A DNA stretch of 64,000 nt from a virus. The notes under the pieces are model-generated. The model saw only the letters and a list, made by a program, of their open reading frames with translations. It was not told the origin of the DNA and searched no databases. This document shows, one piece after another, positions 20,489-29,302 of the stretch. Both the position numbers and the translations under genes were made by a program. The DNA lies in IMG/VR virus record IMGVR_UViG_3300045988_117710. One strand, written 5' to 3'. Position 1 is the first letter of the stretch; each line of letters starts with the position of its first letter.

Positions 20489-21155
20489 GTTCCCAATTGG
20501 GCTTAAATTTCATCATTTAACGGTTATTGAGTATTTGGGTTCACAGGGTGATAAGAATCGTCACACTCGATATAAATGCCTTTGTGATTGTGGTAAAGAG
20601 GTTATCATTCTTTCTCAACATATTGGTAAGCAGAAGAGTTGTGGGTGTGTTCCTCGAAACAATCATAGATACAAATCGTATAATGTTTCAAAGGAGGATA
20701 GTATGAAATTAGTTCGTGAAGCTGCTTTTGAAACAAATTCAAGTAGTACTCATAGTATTACTATGTGTTCTGGATCTGTTTTCGATGATTGGAAGGATGG
20801 TAAGTTAGTTTTTCTTGAAGATGAGGACAAGTTCTTTGTTAAGGGTAGTCGTGAGTTAAGAGATTGGTATGCTAGGTGTGTTTTACGTTATAAGTGTACT
20901 TATGATTGGGATACTAAATTGTATTCAGATGGATCTGCAACTTATACTGAAGATGAGCTTTTCTGCCAAGAGAGATTAGATTCTGTTTCTGAAGAAGATA
21001 TTTCAGAGTATAGAGAAGATGATTGGTATGCATGTCCACTTTCTTACAGTGAGTGGGTTGACTATCGTGGTGAAGGTTATGAGTTATATGAAGAACGTAA
21101 TACCTTTGATGGTGCAGATGTTGTAGCATTTGGTTACTATGGAAATGATTATTAA
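20466..21155 (+). CDS. zinc-ribbon protein fused to, or co-encoding, a member of the FETNSSS-N-terminus family
   Basis: N-terminal half has CxCxCG...CGC. An internal AAAGGAGGA RBS followed by an ATG at 20704 begins MKLVREAAFETNSSSTHS, matching paralogues at 58520-60046. Confidence 0.5.
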   Translation: MILMGRNRFPIGLKFHHLTVIEYLGSQGDKNRHTRYKCLCDCGKEVIILSQHIGKQKSCGCVPRNNHRYKSYNVSKEDSMKLVREAAFETNSSSTHSITMCSGSVFDDWKDGKLVFLEDEDKFFVKGSRELRDWYARCVLRYKCTYDWDTKLYSDGSATYTEDELFCQERLDSVSEEDISEYREDDWYACPLSYSEWVDYRGEGYELYEERNTFDGADVVAFGYYGNDY

Positions 21156-21167
21156 TTTGTTTAATTA

Positions 21168-21200
21168 AAGTCAACAATATTGTTGACTTTTTCTTTTGTT
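21168..21200 (+). terminator. intrinsic terminator overlapping a downstream -35
   Basis: 9-bp stem AAGTCAACA/TGTTGACTT plus a T-tract. Confidence 0.7.
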
Positions 21201-21211
21201 TATCGTATAAT
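21183..21211 (+). promoter_or_regulatory. consensus sigma-A-type promoter TTGACT-N17-TATAAT for the PARP-like gene
   Basis: -35 at 21183-21188 lies in the 3' arm of the terminator hairpin. -10 at 21206-21211, preceded by CG. Confidence 0.65.
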
Positions 21212-21236
21212 AGAGACAATGAAAGAGGTAATGTTT

Positions 21237-22496
21237 ATGAAATTTGCAAAGTTAATTATGATTACTGAAGACAATCACAATAAAGAGTATATAATGACTC
21301 AGATTGATTCTTCAACATTTAAAGCTGAATGGGGTAGGGTTGGTTCTAGTTATCAATCAACTACTTATTCTATGTATGAGTGGGATAGTAAGTACAAATC
21401 TAAAGTTAAGAAAGGTTATAAGGATATATCAAATCTAGTTGAGAAGGTTACTGTAGATGGTGATGTTAAGACTTTACCTTATGACTATATTACTAATAAG
21501 TCTGTCAAGGATATTCTTAATAGATTGTATCAATATACTGATTCTTACTTAAAGGAAAACTACTTAGTTAATACTGTAGATGTTTCCAAAGCACAAATTG
21601 ATGAAGCTTATAAGATTATTGATGAGCTTGAAAGATTAGCTTATTCAAGACATTTAGATGTTCGTGAAGTTAATAGAAATTTAATTAAGTTATTTGAAAC
21701 AATTCCAAGACGTATGTCTAGAGTTAAAGATTATTTATGTGATGATTCTATTACTAAAGATAAGGTTGATGAAAAGATTCGTGCTGAGTTAGATATGCTT
21801 AAGACTATGTCAGATGCTGTTGAGTTAAGACTTAAGAAACAAGCTGCAAGTAAGAAGACTACTAAGGTTGAGAAGTTATCTGAATCTGAACAAAAGGATA
21901 AATTACTTGCTGATCTTGGATTAGTTGTAGAGGATGTAACTGATGAGGATATTAAGTTTATTAAGAAACAATTAGGTGAAAGTTCACACTTATTTAAGAA
22001 AGCTTGGAAGATTACTAATCCTGCTACTGAAAAGAGATTTAATGATTTAGTTGCTACTGATGATTTCAAAGGTAAGGAAGTTAAATATTATTGGCATGGT
22101 TCTAGAAATCAAAACTGGTATAATATTATTCAAACAGGATTAACTGCTAATCCTAAGGGTGTTAAGATTACTGGTAAGATGTTTGGTTATGGTATCTATT
22201 TTGCACCTAAAGCAAAGAAGAGTGTTAACTATACTTCTCTTGAAGGTTCTTATTGGGCAAGTGGTAATGATAAGAGTGGGTTCATGGCTTTATTCGAAGT
22301 TGCTATGGGTAATGTGTTAGATGTTTATGATCATCATTACTGGTGTTCAAGAACTAACAAAGAAGAGATGTGGAAACATAACAAGTGTCATACTTTATAT
22401 GCTCACGAAGGTAGAGGTTTCTTATACAATGATGAAGTTATTGCATATGATGATGCACAAGTTAATATTAAATATATAGTGGAGTTGAGTAGATAA
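21237..22496 (+). CDS. PARP-like ADP-ribosyltransferase (WGR domain plus PARP catalytic domain)
   Basis: WGRVGS motif near the N-terminus. C-terminus YWHGSRNQNW..TGKMFGYGIYFAPKAKKSVNY...LYNDEVIAYDDAQVNIKYIVEL is near-collinear with the PARP1 catalytic signature including the H-Y-E residues. Real ATG at 21237 (AAAGAGG RBS); the track ORF runs upstream through the promoter. Confidence 0.75.
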   Translation: MKFAKLIMITEDNHNKEYIMTQIDSSTFKAEWGRVGSSYQSTTYSMYEWDSKYKSKVKKGYKDISNLVEKVTVDGDVKTLPYDYITNKSVKDILNRLYQYTDSYLKENYLVNTVDVSKAQIDEAYKIIDELERLAYSRHLDVREVNRNLIKLFETIPRRMSRVKDYLCDDSITKDKVDEKIRAELDMLKTMSDAVELRLKKQAASKKTTKVEKLSESEQKDKLLADLGLVVEDVTDEDIKFIKKQLGESSHLFKKAWKITNPATEKRFNDLVATDDFKGKEVKYYWHGSRNQNWYNIIQTGLTANPKGVKITGKMFGYGIYFAPKAKKSVNYTSLEGSYWASGNDKSGFMALFEVAMGNVLDVYDHHYWCSRTNKEEMWKHNKCHTLYAHEGRGFLYNDEVIAYDDAQVNIKYIVELSR

Positions 22497-22598
22497 TGAA
22501 GAGAGATAAAGCTCTTTAAGTTTGATTAATTTATATATTATTTTAGGTGGTTTTAATTCTTTTTCCCACCTGACTTTCTTTTTCTTATTTTTTCCATT

Positions 22599-22624
22599 GG
22601 GTGGGGTTATCCCACTCTTTTTCG
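22599..22624 (+). terminator. intrinsic terminator
   Basis: GTGGG/CCCAC stem plus TCTTTTT. An additional AGGTGG/CCACCT hairpin lies at 22545-22571. Confidence 0.5.
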
Positions 22625-22630
22625 TATAAT
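22614..22630 (+). promoter_or_regulatory. promoter, CTCTTTTTCGTATAAT
   Basis: -10 at 22625-22630. Confidence 0.5.
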
Positions 22631-22647
22631 ATAGTAGGAGTGATTTT

Positions 22648-22929
22648 ATGATTTGTTCTAATTGTAAGAAGGACACAGCTCTGATGAATAAGGATTTATG
22701 TTTCGATTGTTTTCTTGCAAGTCAGGGAGAGTTTTCTAATAAGTTGTTTTGTCCTAGTTGTTTGAAAGAGACTACTTGTGTATTTGAGTATTCTGTTCAA
22801 GGGTTTCAGCATCGTAAGATTCATGAAGTATCTGGTGTGGTATATAAGGATTTTGATATCTTTGAAGATTACTATACTTGTCTTGAGTGTGACAAGCAGT
22901 TCACAGTTGTTAGGGAAGAAGAGAGATAG
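22648..22929 (+). CDS. zinc-ribbon protein
   Basis: Four CxxC pairs. RBS GTAGGAGTGA. Confidence 0.55.
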   Translation: MICSNCKKDTALMNKDLCFDCFLASQGEFSNKLFCPSCLKETTCVFEYSVQGFQHRKIHEVSGVVYKDFDIFEDYYTCLECDKQFTVVREEER

Positions 22930-23609
22930 TGAAATATTGTATTTTGTTTACTTTAGATCATGATTATTTAATCATTGGTTTTGATGGAACAGATTATGTT
23001 GCTTCTATAATTAGGACAGGGTGGAATCCCCATACTCTGTCTGCTATTAACTTTAACTTTTGTAATCCTGTGGATAAGAAGTTAATACCTAGGATTTTTA
23101 AAGACCATTATTGGACAAAGAAGAAGTTTTCAATTACTTTTCCAATTTCTTTTGAAGCGGATAGGAATGTCTACTTAGATAGACGTGGGATTCCTAGGTT
23201 TGATTTATTTGATGGTACTCATAAAGATTTTATAAGGAAGTTAGAACTTACTGGTTTTGATTTCACTTGTTTCAATCGAGAGATTTCCAATAGTGAGTTT
23301 GATGTGAATTTAGATTATTTGTTTTATGGCAAGAGTGTTCAGAGGAAGAGTAATTTGCTTTTGAATCTTTATAGAGAACGAAAGGTGAATTATTGTGTTG
23401 TTACTGATTTCTCTTTGGTTGATACAATTCCTGTTGGGTTTCATTTGGTTGTTTATATTGATTCTATGACTAAAGAGTTTCTAGAGTGGTTTAAGTTGGT
23501 CAAGGAGTCTGGTTCTTTTATTTCAATCATTTATACTTCTGATGATTATTCTATTTTAGATAAGAATCGTGCTATATTAGATAACTACCTAATACTACTG
23601 AAGTGTTAG
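22929..23609 (+). CDS. hypothetical protein
   Basis: GTG start overlapping the upstream stop. 226 aa. Terminator follows. Confidence 0.45.
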   Translation: MKYCILFTLDHDYLIIGFDGTDYVASIIRTGWNPHTLSAINFNFCNPVDKKLIPRIFKDHYWTKKKFSITFPISFEADRNVYLDRRGIPRFDLFDGTHKDFIRKLELTGFDFTCFNREISNSEFDVNLDYLFYGKSVQRKSNLLLNLYRERKVNYCVVTDFSLVDTIPVGFHLVVYIDSMTKEFLEWFKLVKESGSFISIIYTSDDYSILDKNRAILDNYLILLKC

Positions 23610-23621
23610 GTAGTTTTATTT
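23587..23621 (+). terminator. intrinsic terminator
   Basis: ACCTAA/TTAGGT stem plus TTTTATTTT. Confidence 0.5.
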
Positions 23622-23769
23622 TAATAACTAATACTAAACAATCAATAACATTAATTTTAATAAGGATATTATTAAACAAGAGAAAGACAAAGAGATTATG
23701 AATTCTGAATACAATCTTAAATAGATTATATATTTAATTAGATTATATTAGTGTTATAGGAGTTAGTTT

Positions 23770-24630
23770 ATGGCAAATTATTCAAGAAAAATGTTAGAAC
23801 AAGTTCCTGATCAGTTCGAGTTGAGTACAATCCTAACACCAACTATTAGTAACTTGATTCAAAATTATGCACCACCTAAAACTAGAACTATTAATGGTAA
23901 GTCCTTAGAAAATGATATTTGGTTGACAGCTGCAGACGTTGGAGCGAGAAGCAATGTATGGTTACCAACACCTGAAGAGATAGATACTTATAGATGTGTT
24001 TCACCAGATGGTGTACCTGGAAACTTTGTAGCATTTGGACCAGCAGGAAGCAAGACTTTAGTTGACAGTGGTAGAAACTATGATACTTGGTTACCTGCGA
24101 AGTATCTTCCAGCGAACAATGAAGAAGTACTTCAAGTTAATTCAACTGGTATTGTAAATTCAGTACCTCAAAGTACTTTGAGACAATATGTGTTCGAGTA
24201 TAGTGCAACTAAGAATTATGAGTTGGGTGAGAGCTTCTTTTATGGTAGCGGTACAGAGCTTGGTCTTTATACAACTACAGTTCCTCACTCTGCTGAAACA
24301 TTTAATGCGAGTCATAATAAGTTAATATCTAAAGTTGGTCTTAGTACTAATTTTATGGATTTCACTCTTACGACTCCTGTTAGTAGCAGTGCTTATATTT
24401 TAACTGGTACTCTACAACAACAATTACAAGGTTTATTAAATAATATTAAGAATTTACAAGATAGAGTTGAGTGGTTAGAGAATAATGCAGTCACTACAGA
24501 CAATTTCTCTAGTCCTGGTAAAACTGGATTGGCTTCTGGTAAGGTTAAGTTGAACGTAGGTACAAATCAAATTCAACCACAAACTGGATATTATATTGTA
24601 AGAATAGATCCAAATGAAATCCTATCTTAA
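23770..24630 (+). CDS. fibre-like structural protein
   Basis: AGGAG RBS. C-terminal coiled coil LQQQLQGLLNNIKNLQDRVEWLENN. Confidence 0.5.
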   Translation: MANYSRKMLEQVPDQFELSTILTPTISNLIQNYAPPKTRTINGKSLENDIWLTAADVGARSNVWLPTPEEIDTYRCVSPDGVPGNFVAFGPAGSKTLVDSGRNYDTWLPAKYLPANNEEVLQVNSTGIVNSVPQSTLRQYVFEYSATKNYELGESFFYGSGTELGLYTTTVPHSAETFNASHNKLISKVGLSTNFMDFTLTTPVSSSAYILTGTLQQQLQGLLNNIKNLQDRVEWLENNAVTTDNFSSPGKTGLASGKVKLNVGTNQIQPQTGYYIVRIDPNEILS

Positions 24631-24650
24631 TAGTTAGTGGGAGGTAATTT

Positions 24651-27266
24651 ATGGCTGAGATTGCTTTTAGTGCTACTTATGGTGATGGTTCTCCATCTTA
24701 TAAGGTTTCATACTCTGCCAATGTTTCTATGGCTTCTAATCCTGATGAGGATTATCCTACTGTAGTGTGGGCTGCAGGTAAATTGAAGTTAAAGTGTACC
24801 AAGAAGGATGGTGTGTTGAATGCTGACCCTTATATGATGGTTACTTCTTTTGGTAGAAGTATGTCTATTTCGAATCAAGCAGATGGGTTGGTTAATCCTA
24901 TTGGAAAGACAAAGTGTTGGAAGACATCACATTCTGCTGAAACTACTGTTTCTAAAAAGAACTTTGTTTGTAATGCAAAACCTTTTTATATGAAACAAGG
25001 TTCTTTATTATTTCCTTCTTGTTGGGCTGATACGAAGTTCTGGCGTGAGAAGTTAGGAGTTCAAGTTGGTGGTGCAAGTAAGGCCACTACTAGAACTTCT
25101 GATAGTTTTGAGATTCCTCATTTATGTATGTTTTATAGATATGGTGGAAGTACTTATAGTAGTACTTTCCCTAATACTGATAGAACTTTATATATTTCTA
25201 GTCCTTGGATGTATAAGCTTCAAGGTTCTGGTACTTATGCCGGTTGTCCTGGTACAACCTATGGTACTAGAAAGTTCACATTCAAGATTCCTGTTACAAC
25301 GAATTGTGCTGGGTATTTAATAGTTCATTTCTATGGTATGGATGGTGGATATCAGAGTACAGGTCATTCTGTAAAGATTCAGAAACATATTTCTGCATTG
25401 ACTTCTGGGTTAGTTGAAGTTAGTGGTTCTGCTTATTTTAAGCAAGGTCCTTATAATGTTTATACAGAGTTTTCACCAGATACTAGTACTCGTTTATTCT
25501 CATCTACTCCTGGTACAGTAACTGCATCCAATCCGGGATTTAGTTCATCTAAAGGTAAGGTGTTCTTCTATTATCCCGGTTCACCTTATTCACCTGCAAA
25601 CTCTGCACCTTCATTTAGTGTTACTAACACTACTTCTCAACAAGTTAGTACAGGACAAACAAAGAATGTTTCATTGAGAATTACTCTTAATGATAATGGT
25701 GTTTCTCGTTATTGGCTTAATAAGATGGTTTACAATGTAGACTTATATTGGAATGATGGAACTAAGATTGGTTCTTATACTGTTAATGATTCTGATATGA
25801 ATAATATGAATTCTCACAATACTAATTTTAGTACAACTGTTCAGATTCGTTCAAGTATGAGACAGAAGGATGAATATGTTTATTGGGTTGTATCTGGTTA
25901 TTCAGTAGATACAGCTGGTAAGACAAGATGGGGTACAACAAGAACTTCTGGTAAGGTTAACTTGTTCTGGGCTTACAATGAACCTGCGAAGGTATCATTC
26001 AATAGTGCAAGAATTTCTTCTAGTTCTGGTCCAAACTTTTCTAATAATAAAGCTCAATTATATTATGGTGGAACAACTCTTAACTTTGTTTTACAAGCTA
26101 CAATTAATGCTTGGGGAGATAGACCTGGTACAAGAACTTATGAGTTCTCACTTAATAGAAATGGTTCAGTAGTTAAGTGGTATGGTAGAAATACAACTTC
26201 TGATACTGGTACTAAGTCACATACTTATTCTTATACTGTTCCAGATAACTGGGTTGGTTCATCTGCTAATTTCACTGTTTACAAGCGTTTAGGAGATACT
26301 GAGTATTTAGCTTCTGGTGATCCAAAGAATCCAGCATTGGGTACAAACCGTGCTTCTGGTGGTACTATTAGTTTCTATGAAGTTATTGGTGGTGTATCTG
26401 GTATGATAGATATCAAACCATCTATCTTAATGGTTTCAATTCCATGTTCAGTATCTGGTACAGGATATTATGATAAGCAATCTAGTCAGAAGGTTCGATA
26501 TTATGTTGAAGTTTTTGATATAGATGCTGATAAGGTTGTTAATCAATATGTTCTTGGTAATACATCAGGTGATATTACTAAAGAGATTGCGATAGATTTA
26601 AGTTCATCAGATTTTACGGTTTCTGAACCACATCTATATGAACTTAGACTTAAGGCGGATGTTACAGAGTTACTTGGAAATGTTCATACATATACTTTCT
26701 ATACAACAACTCGTCAATCATTCATGCCACCTCAATATACTTTAACTCAGACAACAGATGAGTTATTACCACCTGTTTCTGATACAAGTTTATTGATTAG
26801 ACAGAAGGCAACGAATACTTATACTTATAAAGTTGATTATGATTTAGCTCTATCTACAAGTATTCTTTATATAGAATATTATTTAGCTTCTAGTCCTAAT
26901 GTTAAGCGTACGAAGACTGTAAATATTCTTCCTGCAGGTTATGCTGGTGGTACTTTCTATGGTCAGTATACTTTCCCTAATCCAAAGGATTTAGATCCTA
27001 GTGATCCTTTGTATGATCCTGAAGGTTTTGCATTAGGTACTAAGGTAACAGCTTGGGTGTCTAGTACATGGAACTTACCTGGTTCTACAAGTGTTTACAG
27101 TAATAGTTCTGGTAAGGTTCAATATAATGTTACTCCTACTAGATACATTTACTTCTTAACTAGAGGTATTGAGAATGAGCAATGGTTAAATACTGTTCAT
27201 AGTGTTACTCCTACTAGAGCAGATAAGAAATCTAAGAAGATATTTGTGGAGACAGATATTAGTTAG
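24651..27266 (+). CDS. large S/T/G-rich virion structural protein
   Basis: GGGAGG RBS, 871 aa. Confidence 0.5.
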   Translation: MAEIAFSATYGDGSPSYKVSYSANVSMASNPDEDYPTVVWAAGKLKLKCTKKDGVLNADPYMMVTSFGRSMSISNQADGLVNPIGKTKCWKTSHSAETTVSKKNFVCNAKPFYMKQGSLLFPSCWADTKFWREKLGVQVGGASKATTRTSDSFEIPHLCMFYRYGGSTYSSTFPNTDRTLYISSPWMYKLQGSGTYAGCPGTTYGTRKFTFKIPVTTNCAGYLIVHFYGMDGGYQSTGHSVKIQKHISALTSGLVEVSGSAYFKQGPYNVYTEFSPDTSTRLFSSTPGTVTASNPGFSSSKGKVFFYYPGSPYSPANSAPSFSVTNTTSQQVSTGQTKNVSLRITLNDNGVSRYWLNKMVYNVDLYWNDGTKIGSYTVNDSDMNNMNSHNTNFSTTVQIRSSMRQKDEYVYWVVSGYSVDTAGKTRWGTTRTSGKVNLFWAYNEPAKVSFNSARISSSSGPNFSNNKAQLYYGGTTLNFVLQATINAWGDRPGTRTYEFSLNRNGSVVKWYGRNTTSDTGTKSHTYSYTVPDNWVGSSANFTVYKRLGDTEYLASGDPKNPALGTNRASGGTISFYEVIGGVSGMIDIKPSILMVSIPCSVSGTGYYDKQSSQKVRYYVEVFDIDADKVVNQYVLGNTSGDITKEIAIDLSSSDFTVSEPHLYELRLKADVTELLGNVHTYTFYTTTRQSFMPPQYTLTQTTDELLPPVSDTSLLIRQKATNTYTYKVDYDLALSTSILYIEYYLASSPNVKRTKTVNILPAGYAGGTFYGQYTFPNPKDLDPSDPLYDPEGFALGTKVTAWVSSTWNLPGSTSVYSNSSGKVQYNVTPTRYIYFLTRGIENEQWLNTVHSVTPTRADKKSKKIFVETDIS

Positions 27267-27279
27267 AAAGGAGTACAAA

Positions 27280-27504
27280 ATGTTTGGTTTTGACTTTGAG
27301 GTGATTATCAAAACTTTTTTAACTATTCTTATTGCTTTAGGTATATGTGGGGTATGTTTTATTATATGTGCTTGTAATCTTTCTGCTCAAGAGTCTCGTC
27401 GTGAGGAGAGAAGAGAGATTGAGATGGCAATTAAGAAAGCTGAAGAGGAAGAATTGAGAGAAGAAATCAGAGCTGAGATTTTGAAAGAAATGGAAGACAA
27501 GTAG
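27280..27504 (+). CDS. small membrane protein (one TM helix plus a highly charged C-terminal tail)
   Basis: AAAGGAG RBS then ATG. FLTILIALGICGVCFIICA TM segment followed by an EERREIEMAIKKAEEEELREE tail. The track ORF starts 78 nt upstream, inside the previous gene. Confidence 0.5.
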   Translation: MFGFDFEVIIKTFLTILIALGICGVCFIICACNLSAQESRREERREIEMAIKKAEEEELREEIRAEILKEMEDK

Positions 27505-27587
27505 TTCATTTATCATATATTATTTTAGTGTATGAGTTCTTGGAGGTCTGCTATGATGACATCTCTATTAATTCAATTTATTATTTA

Positions 27588-27623
27588 GGCAAGGATTTTA
27601 GGGAAATCTTTGCCTTTTCTTTT
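27588..27623 (+). terminator. intrinsic terminator
   Basis: 10-bp stem GGCAAGGATT/AATCTTTGCC (one G-U pair) plus TTTTCTTTT. Confidence 0.7.
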
Positions 27624-27658
27624 GGTTTATGGTAGTTCTACAGTTTTAGGAGTGCTTT

Positions 27659-28606
27659 ATGGAACAAGAGATATTAAAAGAGTTAGGTGGTAAGTTGAAA
27701 TATCTTATTCGTAAGAAGAAATCATTTCAAGATATTTGTGAAGCTACTGGTCTTAAAGATTATGAGCTTTATGGTGTTGTTCAATTGCTTAAGCAACAAG
27801 GTGAACTTATTGATGTTGTTAATGGTGAGCTAGTTATTCTTAAAACTCCACCTAAGACTTCAGACATTTATACAGTCCCTACTATTTCTGAACATCTTAA
27901 GTTGTTGTTAATTAGTGATACTCATCTATGTAATAAATCTGATAGACTTGATATTCTTCGTTATCTATATGATAAGGCAGAGAAACAAGGTGTTAAGCAT
28001 GTTCTTCATTCTGGAGATTTTACTGATGGTTTATCTAATCGTCCTGAACAGATTTATGAACTTAAAGAACCATCTTATGAAGGTCAAGTTCAATATTGTG
28101 TAGATAAATATCCTAGGTTTAGTGGTAAGACTTATGTTATTCAAGGTAATCATGATGATTGGTGGTTTAAGAGATGTGGTTCAGAGATTGTTAAGGCAAT
28201 TGCTCAACAGAGAGATGATATTGTTTATCTAGGAGCTGATGTTGCTGATCTTCATATTGGTAAGCTTAAGTGTAGATTATTTCATGGTTCTGGCGGCTCT
28301 TCTTATGCAGTGTCTTATAAGATTCAGAAGTATTTAGATTCTATTCCTTTAGAAGAACGTCCTGATATTCTTCAAACAGGACATATTCATCGTGCTTTCT
28401 ATATGCATAATGTATCTACTCATTGTTTTCAAACAGCTTCTTTAGAAGATCCAACTCCATATAGTCGTTCTATGGGATTCCCTAATGATTTATCTTGTTG
28501 GTGGGTTGATGTTGATTTTGATAACAAGGGTAATCCTGTTATGATTCAACCTCAATTAGAAACTTTCCCTACTAAGAGATTAGTTAAATCTCGTTATAAG
28601 GGATAA
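27659..28606 (+). CDS. calcineurin-like metallophosphoesterase (SbcD/Mre11-like?) with an N-terminal wHTH-like region
   Basis: Motifs LISDTHL, HSGDFTDG and QGNHD. Confidence 0.55.
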   Translation: MEQEILKELGGKLKYLIRKKKSFQDICEATGLKDYELYGVVQLLKQQGELIDVVNGELVILKTPPKTSDIYTVPTISEHLKLLLISDTHLCNKSDRLDILRYLYDKAEKQGVKHVLHSGDFTDGLSNRPEQIYELKEPSYEGQVQYCVDKYPRFSGKTYVIQGNHDDWWFKRCGSEIVKAIAQQRDDIVYLGADVADLHIGKLKCRLFHGSGGSSYAVSYKIQKYLDSIPLEERPDILQTGHIHRAFYMHNVSTHCFQTASLEDPTPYSRSMGFPNDLSCWWVDVDFDNKGNPVMIQPQLETFPTKRLVKSRYKG

Positions 28607-28612
28607 TTATTG

Positions 28613-28641
28613 TTGACTTCTTAATTCTTTTATCGTATAAT
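28613..28641 (+). promoter_or_regulatory. consensus promoter TTGACT-N17-TATAAT
   Basis: -35 at 28613-28618, -10 at 28636-28641. Confidence 0.6.
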
Positions 28642-28666
28642 GTATTTAAGATAGGAGAGGGTAAGA

Positions 28667-29050
28667 ATGGAGAGAGATAAGTCAAATATTCCTTATGATG
28701 CAGATTTGAAGATAACACAATGTACTAGATTATTACATAGTGGGTTGAAGAAGTATAATCCATTATTGTATTCAGAGGTTATGAAGTATGTTAAAAGTAT
28801 GAAGTCAGAGAAGGGAATGCAAGAACACACTTTTAAGCTTTCTGAAGTTGATTCTCATATTCTTGGTGATTTATCTATTCAGCATTTAGGTAGTGTGATT
28901 TATTCTATTAGTTGTAAGGATGTTTTGTATGAGTATACTATAGTAGAACCTGTTGTTTATAAGGGAAGGTTCATTCCTGGTACTAAGTCAGCTCTTACAA
29001 ATAAGATTAAGTTTAAGATTGATTATTTACAAATGTGCGGTAAGCTTTAG
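28667..29050 (+). CDS. hypothetical protein
   Basis: TAGGAGAGGG RBS, promoter at 28613-28641. Confidence 0.55.
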   Translation: MERDKSNIPYDADLKITQCTRLLHSGLKKYNPLLYSEVMKYVKSMKSEKGMQEHTFKLSEVDSHILGDLSIQHLGSVIYSISCKDVLYEYTIVEPVVYKGRFIPGTKSALTNKIKFKIDYLQMCGKL

Positions 29051-29051
29051 G

Positions 29052-29078
29052 GAGATGTCAAACATCTCTTTTTCTTTT
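29052..29078 (+). terminator. intrinsic terminator
   Basis: GAGATGT/ACATCTC stem plus a T-tract. Confidence 0.65.
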
Positions 29079-29086
29079 CGTATAAT
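29069..29086 (+). promoter_or_regulatory. promoter, TTTTTCTTTTCGTATAAT
   Basis: -10 at 29081-29086, on the terminator U-tract. Confidence 0.5.
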
Positions 29087-29101
29087 ATAGAGGTGATATT
29101 C

Positions 29102-29269
29102 ATGATAGATAAGAGTAAGGTTCTTGATTATATTCAAGAGAGGTTAGATTTTCTAGAGAAGAATGTTGTTACTGATGGTGTTCATTCAGTTCCTATTAAT
29201 GGTCAGGTGATTGCTTTATTGGTTGGCATTAAGGATTATATCAATTCTTTAGAAGATTTATCAAAGTAG
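29102..29269 (+). CDS. small hypothetical protein (55 aa), not in the supplied ORF track
   Basis: Own TTTTCGTATAAT promoter at 29081-29086, AGAGGTGA RBS, clean ATG..TAG. Confidence 0.45.
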   Translation: MIDKSKVLDYIQERLDFLEKNVVTDGVHSVPINGQVIALLVGIKDYINSLEDLSK

Positions 29270-29302
29270 AATTATTTAGTAGTATTTTTGTAGGAGGTAT
29301 TT

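Noticed and set aside
21180-21236. Track ORF starts at 21180 and 46638 (MLTFSFVYRIIETMKEV / MTSFLFYRIIETMKEV) giving apparently homologous N-termini
   Set aside because: The shared residues are translated promoter/5'-UTR DNA (TTGACT...TATAATAGAGACAATGAAAGAGGT). True starts are the ATGs at 21237 and 46692, after the RBS.
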